Source: Candidatus Bathyarchaeota archaeon (GTDB lineage: Archaea; Thermoproteota; Bathyarchaeia; Bathyarchaeales; Bathycorpusculaceae). Taken from it: a stretch of 64,000 bases of DNA. The notes beneath the pieces were generated by a model. The model was given only the letters and a program-made list of their open reading frames with translations, ran no database searches and had not been told where the DNA came from. Within the stretch, counting starts at the first letter, position 1; the number at the start of each line of letters is the position of its first letter. This document shows, piece by piece, positions 1 to 8,777 of the stretch. The stretch is taken from the NCBI GenBank assembly GCA_963775465.1, contig CAVZIW010000003.1:332205-396204 (forward strand), read 5' to 3'. The translations under genes and the position numbers were made by a program.

Positions 1-533
1 TTTTCTGAATCGTATTGTGCAATGCCAATCAGGTCTTCGATGATCTTGCGGCGTTCAACCGCGGTTAAATCAGTTAAGCGAGTAATCGTACCCTGCGGAA
101 TGATGTTGTTGCTTATACTGCTGATTGCAGCCATGGACAAAGTTTCGGTTATGTGAGTGCGGGACATTCTGCGACCATTTAGGCGGTAGACGCTCTGTCC
201 GTTGCGAAAAACTTCCCTTGATATTGTAACAGTAGTAGTGTCCACAGGCATGGTTCCATCTGTGTTGTCAAATTGGACCACTACTTTTGCCATCTTTGCT
301 TTATCCTGCCCTGCTTTCTCTGAACCGTGAAAAATCAGTTTAGCCGAGTTTTCGGCACGGAGTCTTTTTGTGCTAAGTTCCCCAAGTGAAAAGAGTAGGG
401 CATCCATGATGTTAGTTTTGCCGCTTCCGTTTGGACCAGTTATGGCTGTGAATCCCTTGTCCAAATTAACCTTGACTGTTTGTGGTCCAAAAGACTTAAA
501 GCCTTTTAACTCGATTTTTTTTATGTAGGGCAT
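1..533 (-). CDS. smc: Chromosome segregation protein SMC, N-terminal part (runs off window edge)
   Basis: Manual translation from ATG at 533: MPYIKKIELKGFKSFGPQTVKVNLDKGFTAITGPNGSGKTNIMDA; GFKSF plus Walker A, Q-loop IIPQG near the edge. Absent from ORF track. Confidence 0.95.
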   Translation of the reverse strand, partial: MPYIKKIELKGFKSFGPQTVKVNLDKGFTAITGPNGSGKTNIMDALLFSLGELSTKRLRAENSAKLIFHGSEKAGQDKAKMAKVVVQFDNTDGTMPVDTTTVTISREVFRNGQSVYRLNGRRMSRTHITETLSMAAISSISNNIIPQGTITRLTDLTAVERRKIIEDLIGIAQYDSE

Positions 534-746
534 TTAGTCTTTATCCTCTCGGAAGCAAATATCTATCTTTTAACATCTCTCAGCAACATATGTATAAAAG
601 CTTATAGCGGTTCTTCTGCGTTTATACACTATCACTTAGATTTCAGAAATCTTATAGGTTCGAGGACCTTTTAGGTTTTTTGTAGAAAAACATTTTGGCT
701 CCGTTAAAACGGATGCCATCAGACAATCCGGCTACCGTTTAAGATA

Positions 747-989
747 TTATCGAACAATAGGTAATTTTTGATTGAATTTAGAAAATTCATTTGGATTAAC
801 TTTTTGTTTTTCCGTTTTTCTTACTTCAATTAACAGAGTTAATGCCTCATCATTAGTTATTCCAAAAGGAAGAAAATTGGCATGAAACCGTTCAAAATGA
901 AGCCTCACCGCAGCTATGGCCTCTTCTTCGCCATAAAAAGTGCCAAAAACATAACCACAAGGACATTTTCCGTATAGTTTCTTTTTCAA
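747..989 (-). CDS. Small putative zinc-binding protein
   Basis: CPCG...HFERFH ligand pattern, GGA upstream of TTG. Confidence 0.6.
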   Translation of the reverse strand: MKKKLYGKCPCGYVFGTFYGEEEAIAAVRLHFERFHANFLPFGITNDEALTLLIEVRKTEKQKVNPNEFSKFNQKLPIVR

Positions 990-1386
990 TTAATTCCACT
1001 CAATTAGGATTTACAAATCTTATAATGTTAAATTAGAACATAAACTGTAGTGACTGTAGCACCACAGTTACAACTTTACGCCTTAGGGTTAAATTAAAGT
1101 GATTCAAATGGTTTATTTATTTTCTTTTTCCCCTTAAAAAATTACGGAAGAATGATCCATATCGCGAAACTAAGGAAAGTATACTTTCTTCATAATAATG
1201 GTTTGTAAACATACGTAACAGACTTAAAGGTCGAAACGGTATTTTCCCAAGAGGCCAAATAACACTTTACAGTCTCGATCAGAAAATCTCAATTTACCAC
1301 AAAACTTAGCGGGTTTGATCTTGAGAACTTTTCTTTTCGCATGAAATTGTGAGACCGGGCGTTTTTGGGTAAATAAACAATAGGAA

Positions 1387-2565
1387 ATGAGCGCATTGAC
1401 TGCTGAAAAATTAGTTTTGGAAAATGGTGCAAGACGCGTCGCTTATTTGAGCACTTACCCTCCAAGAGAATGCGGAATTGCAAACTTTACAAGAGATTTA
1501 ACTGACTCTATGTATGCATTAGGTGGGCGCACCCCTTACATAATTGCAATTAACGAAAAAGGTGCGATTTATCACTACGACAAACGAGTTAAATTTACAG
1601 TTGACCGAGATGTTGCCGAAAACTACATCAAAGCAGCCAAATGCGTTAACTCATCAAATATTCAGCTACTAATTGTGCAACACGAATTCGGACTCTTCGG
1701 AGGTGACCAAGGAGAATATATTAAACTCTTTCTAGAAAACCTCAAAAAACCCGTCATCACCACACTTCACACAGTTCAACCTAATTTTGACAAAAAATCC
1801 ATTGAAATCCTGCGGTACCTGGTCGAAAGAAGTGAATCAATAGTGGTGATCGCCCACGCAGCAATTGACATGCTAAAAAATCAAGGGATACCTTCCAACA
1901 AATGCGTTGTTATTCCACACGGCTGCCCAAATATCGATTGCACAAACAGTGAATCAATCAAAGAATCATTAGGTCTTGAGGGGCGTCTGGTCGCTTCCAC
2001 ATTCGGGCTAATAAGTAGTGGAAAGGGCGTCGAATATGCTATTCAAGCTCTTCCAGAGATTATCAAGAAAGAACCTGGAATAATCTATCTCATAATTGGT
2101 GAAACTCACCCAGAAGTCAGGAAACAAGAGGGTGAAAGGTATCGAAATGAACTGATGAGACTTGTTAGTGAACTTGGATTGGAAGAACACGTTAGATTTA
2201 CAAACCGATTTGTTACCAAACGGGAATTAACAAAGTTTCTTCAAGTAACCGATATTTACCTAACTCCTTATACTTCCCCCAACCAAATTAGTAGTGGTAC
2301 CCTTATCTATGCTCTTGGCGCCGGAAAAGCGATCGTATCTACACCATATTACCACGCCCAAGAGGTTCTTGCTAATGATCGAGGAATACTATGTAAGTTC
2401 GAGGACTCTGCCTCAATAGCAGAAGCTGTAAAAAAACTCTTGGATGAACGCGTCCGTAGTGAGATTCAGAAAAAAGCTTACAAATACAGTAGACGATTCC
2501 TCTGGAAAAACGTGGCGAGAAAATACATAAACCTAATTGAAGCAGTAACTGAGAATAGTGAGTGA
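1387..2565 (+). CDS. GT4 family glycosyltransferase
   Basis: STYPPRECGIANF, QHEFGLFGG, FGLISSGKG, QISSGTL, STPY motifs. Confidence 0.92.
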   Translation: MSALTAEKLVLENGARRVAYLSTYPPRECGIANFTRDLTDSMYALGGRTPYIIAINEKGAIYHYDKRVKFTVDRDVAENYIKAAKCVNSSNIQLLIVQHEFGLFGGDQGEYIKLFLENLKKPVITTLHTVQPNFDKKSIEILRYLVERSESIVVIAHAAIDMLKNQGIPSNKCVVIPHGCPNIDCTNSESIKESLGLEGRLVASTFGLISSGKGVEYAIQALPEIIKKEPGIIYLIIGETHPEVRKQEGERYRNELMRLVSELGLEEHVRFTNRFVTKRELTKFLQVTDIYLTPYTSPNQISSGTLIYALGAGKAIVSTPYYHAQEVLANDRGILCKFEDSASIAEAVKKLLDERVRSEIQKKAYKYSRRFLWKNVARKYINLIEAVTENSE

Positions 2566-2573
2566 ACTAAGCA

Positions 2574-3614
2574 TTGTCAACTTTCCCTTTAAAACTAGAT
2601 TTTGTTAGAGCACTGACGGACGATTTAGGAATGCTTCAACATTCCAAATACGCTACACCTAATAGAAAAGAAGGCTACACAACCGATGATAACTCACGAG
2701 CACTTATTGCTTGCACGGATTACCTTATGCGGTTTAATGATTTAAGTGTCAAGAGATTGATTGACACGTATCTGGGTCTTTTGTTCTATATGCAAAGATC
2801 TGATGGAAAAATGCACAATTACCTTAGCTACGATCGCAAACTTTTAGATGAAATAGGTTCTGAGGATTGCATGGGTCGAACACTTTGGGCATGTGGCTAC
2901 TGCTTAAACTCAAAATTGCCCGAAGAGATGAAACTTCTTTCTAAGGATATTTTTGACAAAGTGTTCAAATGGAGTTCTAATTTTACATCACCAAGGGCAA
3001 AAGCATACTCAATTATGGGTCTATTCCATTATCAGAAAGCCTACTCGGAGGATCAAAATCTCAAACTGAACATTATAGCTCTCGCTAATCAATTAACCAG
3101 ACAATTTGAATTGGAAGCCTCAAATGGTTGGGATTGGTTTGAATCCTGTCTAACATACTCAAATGCACGATTATCTCATTCACTTTTTTTAGCTTACGAA
3201 GCCACAAGAGATGATAAATATCTTCAGATAGCCTCAAAATCCATGAATTTCTTAATCAATACTCAAACAATAAACAAAACCTTTGTGCCTATCGGAAATC
3301 GGGGTTGGTTTAAAAAAGGATCTAAACGAGCAATATACGATCAACAACCCATAGAAGCATCCTGTACCACAGATGCGGCAATCGCTGCTTATCGAAACAC
3401 AAAAGACGAACGTTACCTCGAGGCAGCCTACTTAGCCTTTGACTGGTTCTTAGGAAGCAATCTAAAAGGTCTATCGCTGTACGATCCAGAAAACGGGAGT
3501 TGCTGCGACGGTATAACGCCCCACGGATTGAATCTGAACAAAGGTGCTGAGGCCACTTTAGCCTACCTTCAAGCTCGCCTAACACTCGAAGAACTAAAAC
3601 ACAATAGCAGTTAA
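2574..3614 (+). CDS. Six-hairpin (alpha/alpha barrel) glycosidase-like protein, GT4-associated
   Basis: LTDDLGMLQH, GYTTDDNSRAL, WFE..LTYSNARL, DQQPIE, N.GAE motifs of the domain usually fused C-terminal to this GT4 type. Confidence 0.8.
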   Translation: MSTFPLKLDFVRALTDDLGMLQHSKYATPNRKEGYTTDDNSRALIACTDYLMRFNDLSVKRLIDTYLGLLFYMQRSDGKMHNYLSYDRKLLDEIGSEDCMGRTLWACGYCLNSKLPEEMKLLSKDIFDKVFKWSSNFTSPRAKAYSIMGLFHYQKAYSEDQNLKLNIIALANQLTRQFELEASNGWDWFESCLTYSNARLSHSLFLAYEATRDDKYLQIASKSMNFLINTQTINKTFVPIGNRGWFKKGSKRAIYDQQPIEASCTTDAAIAAYRNTKDERYLEAAYLAFDWFLGSNLKGLSLYDPENGSCCDGITPHGLNLNKGAEATLAYLQARLTLEELKHNSS

Positions 3615-3727
3615 CTAAAGACACATACAGTACCAATTCAAACACTTATCTCAATTCTCCGAGCCGAAAATATTCTAATTGGGTTTATTAATTCGTAAAC
3701 CTAAAATAAAGTTGGAGGCTCGCAGTT

Positions 3728-4102
3728 ATGATGACTCGCGATTTAATGTTAAAAGATGTGGTTACTGCATATGGAAACATCTCCGTAAGAGAGGCAATTG
3801 AGCTCCTTTTCAAAAGACATATTGGCTCTATAGTCATTATCGACGATGCAGGAAATTGTATAGGCATATTTACCGAACGTGATGCTATAAGAGTAGTGGC
3901 GCAAAATGTATCATTAGACGCAGTATTAGAAAAAGCGATGACGAAAAACCCTTTTACTGTAAACGAAGATTCTACTTTTGAAGAAGCAAAAAGTATTATC
4001 AAACTTCACAAGATTCGGCATCTTCCTGTGACGTCCAAGGAAGGAAAACTCGTTGGATTGATATCCGTCAGAAATATATTAGATGAGCTAAACGAACTGT
4101 AG
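3728..4102 (+). CDS. CBS domain pair protein
   Basis: GIFTERD and IRHLPV..GLIS motifs; GGAGG SD. Confidence 0.92.
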   Translation: MMTRDLMLKDVVTAYGNISVREAIELLFKRHIGSIVIIDDAGNCIGIFTERDAIRVVAQNVSLDAVLEKAMTKNPFTVNEDSTFEEAKSIIKLHKIRHLPVTSKEGKLVGLISVRNILDELNEL

Positions 4103-4134
4103 CTAAAAAATATTGACTCTGGAGGGAAGGATAA

Positions 4135-5028
4135 GTGAAAAGGTACTCTCATAATCCAATACTTGAGCCTATAGGTGCCCATTCTTGGGAATCAAGCTTG
4201 GTTTTTAACGCAGCAGTTTTTGCCACCGACAACCGTGTTCACATTCTCTACAGAGCAATGGGAACCGACAACGTATCACGCATAGGTTTAGCATCCTCTT
4301 CTGATGGATATTCGATAGACGAGCGTTTACCCCTCCCTGTTTTTAGCCCATCGAATGACACAGAAAGCCAAGGTTGTGAAGATCCAAGACTAAGCCTATT
4401 TGGCGATACACTAATTATGGCATATACCGCATTTGGAAACCATTTCAATCATCAAGTTTACCAGATTGCCCTGACATCCATAAAAACAGACGATTTTTTG
4501 GCTAGAAGATGGCAATGGGGCGAAAGAATCTTGACTTTTCCAGGGATCCATAACAAAGATGCTGTTCTATTTCCACAGAAATTTAACGGTGACTATGTAA
4601 TGTTTCACAGATTCGAACCTGATCTTTGTATTGCACGTTCGAACGACCTGCGCCGTTGGTATGGTTTAAAATACGTCATAGGACCAAGGGAAAGAGGTTG
4701 GGATTCCTGGAAAGTAGGTGCTGCAGGACCCCCTATGTTGATAAATGAAGGCTGGCTTCTGATCTATCATGGCGTAAGCGTAGAAAGAGTCTACTCATTA
4801 GGTGTTGCTCTACTGGATAAGAATGACCCTGAGCAAGTTCTTTATCGCTCCGAAGAACCAATTCTGACACCTACAGAAGATTATGAACGCTATGGCAAAG
4901 TCCCAAACGTAGTTTTCAGTTGCGGGCAAGTCATGATGGATAACCAACTTCTAATCTATTATGGTGCTGCGGATAGCTCTTTGTGCGTTGCCAATGTTGA
5001 GCTTGCTGAACTTTTACCCAAAAAATAG
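4135..5028 (+). CDS. GH130 glycoside hydrolase / mannoside phosphorylase family
   Basis: NPIL, VFNAA, ILYRA, GCEDPR, NKDAVLFP, LIYHGV, VPNVVF, YYGAAD. Confidence 0.92.
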   Translation: MKRYSHNPILEPIGAHSWESSLVFNAAVFATDNRVHILYRAMGTDNVSRIGLASSSDGYSIDERLPLPVFSPSNDTESQGCEDPRLSLFGDTLIMAYTAFGNHFNHQVYQIALTSIKTDDFLARRWQWGERILTFPGIHNKDAVLFPQKFNGDYVMFHRFEPDLCIARSNDLRRWYGLKYVIGPRERGWDSWKVGAAGPPMLINEGWLLIYHGVSVERVYSLGVALLDKNDPEQVLYRSEEPILTPTEDYERYGKVPNVVFSCGQVMMDNQLLIYYGAADSSLCVANVELAELLPKK

Positions 5029-5172
5029 GTAGGTTGTCACGATTATCAGTAAATTTGCTGATTCTTTTAATACTTCCATAATTTAGTCGAGTCACATAAG
5101 AAATCGTGGAAAACGGAAAAGCATTTTTTTTTATCTTCCCTATCAAGGACTACAATATTAGACAAATGGCTC

Positions 5173-5403
5173 TCAATGGGTTGGCAGAGGATTATTCGAA
5201 ATAATAAAATTTCCAATTTCCAGGCTCAAAATTAATTGGTTCTGCTCGACAAAATTAGCTAGCATCTTATAGGAGCCAGCATCAATCGAATTTTTTTCAA
5301 TATATAATACAAGACCGTCATCGGCTGTATCTAGCATTTTGGTATCTATGCCACAGTTTGCTTGAATTTCTCTTTTGTATTTCATTGCCTCAGACACATT
5401 CAA
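5173..5403 (-). CDS. Hypothetical protein
   Basis: 76-aa ORF with GAGGAG SD upstream of TTG. Confidence 0.55.
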   Translation of the reverse strand: MNVSEAMKYKREIQANCGIDTKMLDTADDGLVLYIEKNSIDAGSYKMLANFVEQNQLILSLEIGNFIISNNPLPTH

Positions 5404-5795
5404 TTTTAACTTCTCCTCGTTATGATTGGTTTCAAAAGGAAAGAAGACATGTTTAGCAAATAGAGAGGGCCTGATGTTTATGTATTACTACAGAAGCACG
5501 GTTCAAAATGCATGAAAAATCTGTATATGTCTAGAGCTGCCTTTTAAACGAAACTATATTCCAATAGATTAGAAAATATGGTCAAGGGGATTATGCCACT
5601 TTAACTTTATAGAAACCATAAAAGGTCAACTCAGAGTTAAAATTTCGAGTTCCTATCCTCGGGTGAAGGATTTCAAATACAAAACCTGATAAAATAGCAT
5701 TAGCAGGAGGTAAAAATAGAGCTTGAGGATATTGGTTCACGTAAAGGTTAAATCATTCAGTCTGTGTAATATTGTGTTTTTCTGAGGGTAATTAC

Positions 5796-7025
5796 GTGAC
5801 AAATAACAAACCTATTCCCTTATCTTCTGACGTCAACTGGGTGGGAGTCAACGACGCAGAAACTCCTCTTTTCGAAGAGCTATGGAGCATCCCTGAAGGT
5901 GTTTCTTTTAACTCTTACCTAATCAAGGGCTCAAAAAAAATTGCGTTAATTGATTCGGTCAATCAAAAATTCGCGCCTGAACATTTTGACAAAATTAGTA
6001 AACTGACTGACCTCGTAAACATAGACTATCTGGTCATTAACCACATGGAACCTGACCATACAGGGGCCGTACCTGAATTCCTTAAGAAAGCACCCAACGC
6101 AAAAGTCGTCTTTACGCCCATCGCCCAAACCATCTTTAAAAAGTTCTACGGCTTTGACCCATCTGCGATCATAGTAAAGGGCGAAACAGACGAAATTTCC
6201 TTAGGAAACAAAAATTTGAAGTTCATTCAAACACCCTGGCTTCATTGGCCAGAAACCATGAGTACCTACCTCGTGGAAAACCAGATTCTGTTCTGTTGCG
6301 ACGCTTTTGGTGCCTTCAAAAAATTACCCAGTGATGCGATATTAGAATCCGATATAGATATGGTCAAGCAGAATCTTGACGCGAGCTCTCAAAAATACTT
6401 TGCCTCAGTCTTCAATGGGCAACGCGAATGGGTTCTAAAAGCCATTGAAAAATTTGACAAAATGAACCTTGAAATTAAAGTCTTAGCGCCAAGTCATGGT
6501 CCAGTTTACACTGACAACGTCAAGAAAACCATAAGCAAATGGAGTTCTTGGAGCAAAGGTAATTACACGAAAACTGTTGTCGTGGTGTACGATACCATGT
6601 ATGGAATGACTGCAAAGTGCCTGGATGCAATTGGTAAGGGAGTTGGAGAAGTTGGAGGTAGAGTTCTAAGCTTTAATCTTTCTAAAGACACCGCTGTCGA
6701 TGCATTAACTGCCTTGGTAGAGGCTCCAGCATTAATAATTGGTTCACCAACCTATGAACATGAGATATTTCCAAAGGTAGTTGATTTCTTGAATTTGCTT
6801 AAGACCAAAAAATTTTCAAACAGATGCGCTAGCAGATTCGGAAGCTTTGGATGGAGTGGAGAAGCGATGCGAAAACTCTCAGATGAGCTAACTACGTTGG
6901 GTTTCGAACTAGTAGGGGAACCGCTTTCATTTTTTGGTAGTCCTACAGAAGAAGACCTTGAAAAAGCAAGACAACTTGGCAAAGCTGTAGCGGAAAAGGC
7001 TTTTTCCAAATATAACATTATTTAA
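5796..7025 (+). CDS. fprA: Flavodiiron protein (FprA, A-type flavoprotein)
   Basis: NHMEPDH, LHWPET, CDAFG, PSHG diiron ligands plus flavodoxin domain (TMYGMT, GSPT, FGSFGWSGEA); likely start GTG 5796. Confidence 0.93.
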   Translation: MTNNKPIPLSSDVNWVGVNDAETPLFEELWSIPEGVSFNSYLIKGSKKIALIDSVNQKFAPEHFDKISKLTDLVNIDYLVINHMEPDHTGAVPEFLKKAPNAKVVFTPIAQTIFKKFYGFDPSAIIVKGETDEISLGNKNLKFIQTPWLHWPETMSTYLVENQILFCCDAFGAFKKLPSDAILESDIDMVKQNLDASSQKYFASVFNGQREWVLKAIEKFDKMNLEIKVLAPSHGPVYTDNVKKTISKWSSWSKGNYTKTVVVVYDTMYGMTAKCLDAIGKGVGEVGGRVLSFNLSKDTAVDALTALVEAPALIIGSPTYEHEIFPKVVDFLNLLKTKKFSNRCASRFGSFGWSGEAMRKLSDELTTLGFELVGEPLSFFGSPTEEDLEKARQLGKAVAEKAFSKYNII

Positions 7026-7111
7026 CTTCAGCGTTTGAGATTGTGACAACTTATTTCCCAAACATTAAAATCATGAATAAAAAATGAGCGCCAAATGGAA
7101 CGTGCATAATT

Positions 7112-8131
7112 CTATTTTTTAATTCTCTTTTTCTTGCTTTTTTTGCACTTTAAAGGTTTGTCTTTCCTTTTTTTCCTTTTAGATTTTATGGTTGAGAGTG
7201 TTTCTGAAAGAAGCTTTAGTTGTTCAATGTTTAATTTTGCCTCGTAAGCACGCGGTCTTATTTTGATGTTTTTTAGTAGGTGATAAAATTGGTCTCTTTC
7301 CAAGACAAATTTCTTTAAAACTTGGCTTGCGAGGTGGAGGTCACCTTCATCAGTTTCTAACCGGATTTTATCAAAGACTCGGGCTAATTGAATTAGTATT
7401 TTGCCACGTTGCTTGTTCAAATCAGCTATGTAAATTAAGTCGCCGAGTTTAAGCTCTCTAAAAGCGTTATAGCCAACGTCTCCTACTATTAGAAGTTCTT
7501 TTCCCAAATTCGTTTCCTTTCTTATTTTCTGAACTGTCTTTTCTGGAAAACGATTGAGAACTCCGATGTACCATTTATTAGCACATTCATCTGACCAATC
7601 CAAAATATTGGTATGTTCCTTAATTTTTTTCAAGCGGCAAGTTGCCTTTTTTTTATTTAAGCTCCACAACTTCTTGTGATTCTTTAAATCGCCTATTGAT
7701 TTTGCGTATTGCCATAAATTTTCAGTGAAAAAATTTTTTATTTTATTTATTTCTGCATTTTCTATTAGTACCCCAACATTAATGCCGCTTGAGAAGTCAG
7801 TTTCTATTAGCTCTGCTGAAGTTACTATTGCAGCATTATCAAATATGAAAATATTTGACTCAACCCTGTCACATGCTTTGACACTATCTTTAAAGTGTTC
7901 TCGCAAATACTGAAATTCATATGGATTAATTTCGCTATGCTTTACTGTTGTATCGTTTAGGGGAAAGACAAACCGAATGTCTACTGGAGGACACTTTAAA
8001 ATTTCTTGTGAAAGAATCTTGTGCGCATCTGTCCCAAGCTGCAAAGAACTTACCCATAGAGTTTCTTTGGACTGGGAAGATAGACGTTGAATTATTTCAT
8101 ACAGTTCAGAATAAGAGAGAAATTTAGCCAT
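7112..8131 (-). CDS. Phospholipase D-like domain protein with degenerate HKD motif and basic tail
   Basis: LWVSS..., VESNIFIFDNAAIVTSAEL...INVGVLI matches the HxKxxxxD...GSxN...NxExG fold with substituted catalytic residues. Confidence 0.6.
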   Translation of the reverse strand: MAKFLSYSELYEIIQRLSSQSKETLWVSSLQLGTDAHKILSQEILKCPPVDIRFVFPLNDTTVKHSEINPYEFQYLREHFKDSVKACDRVESNIFIFDNAAIVTSAELIETDFSSGINVGVLIENAEINKIKNFFTENLWQYAKSIGDLKNHKKLWSLNKKKATCRLKKIKEHTNILDWSDECANKWYIGVLNRFPEKTVQKIRKETNLGKELLIVGDVGYNAFRELKLGDLIYIADLNKQRGKILIQLARVFDKIRLETDEGDLHLASQVLKKFVLERDQFYHLLKNIKIRPRAYEAKLNIEQLKLLSETLSTIKSKRKKRKDKPLKCKKSKKKRIKK

Positions 8132-8417
8132 ACACTTACAAGTGCTTTTTCACATAAAAATTTTTCACATAAACAAGAAGGCTGAGAGTGTCTAAACTGT
8201 GGTTTGTTCCATTAAGATCTATTTGCTTGCACTTGTTTCTGTGAATTAGCCTTTTGAGAATTCCTGCAAATTTAGTTAATCCCAGAGTTAAAAAGAAAAC
8301 GCTGGCGAAATCTCTGCTGTAAGCCTATCTTTAGAATTTAATTATTTTTTAGGAACTTAAAGTAAGCTTGAATTGGTAGACTATCATTTCGTTTAGTACA
8401 TATTTGCAGTTTTGTGT

Positions 8418-8705
8418 TTATGGGCAATTACGGTAATTTTTAATTGGCGACATCGGAATGGTGAAAGTCTCTAACACGCCCTCAACTAAGCGAATCTTGT
8501 CGCTAACAAAATGCAGCGCATTGGCGTTAGTGTCGGCTTGGAATAAAACGGCAAAATCCCATTCGCCAAGCATTTGATATGCTTCTTCTAGTTTTACTCC
8601 ATCGATGGGTTGTTGGCTGAATTCCATTAAGGGTTCATAAATCTTAGCAGCCATATTGGGGCTAATCTTAATTAACGTAAGGTATTTTTGACCAAAATTG
8701 CTCAA
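8418..8705 (-). CDS. GYD / Lrp-AsnC ligand-binding-like small protein
   Basis: YQMLGEWDFAVLF...IRLVEGVLETFT; AGGTG SD then TTG. Confidence 0.7.
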   Translation of the reverse strand: MSNFGQKYLTLIKISPNMAAKIYEPLMEFSQQPIDGVKLEEAYQMLGEWDFAVLFQADTNANALHFVSDKIRLVEGVLETFTIPMSPIKNYRNCP

Positions 8706-8777
8706 GGATCGCACCTAAAAGCAAACTGTTAATGCACCCTAAAAAACATAATGCTCGAAAGCTAGAGCAGCGTTATT

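Noticed and set aside
1025-1070. Short imperfect palindromes upstream of the 747-989 ORF
   Set aside because: Expected by chance in AT-rich DNA; no second copy found
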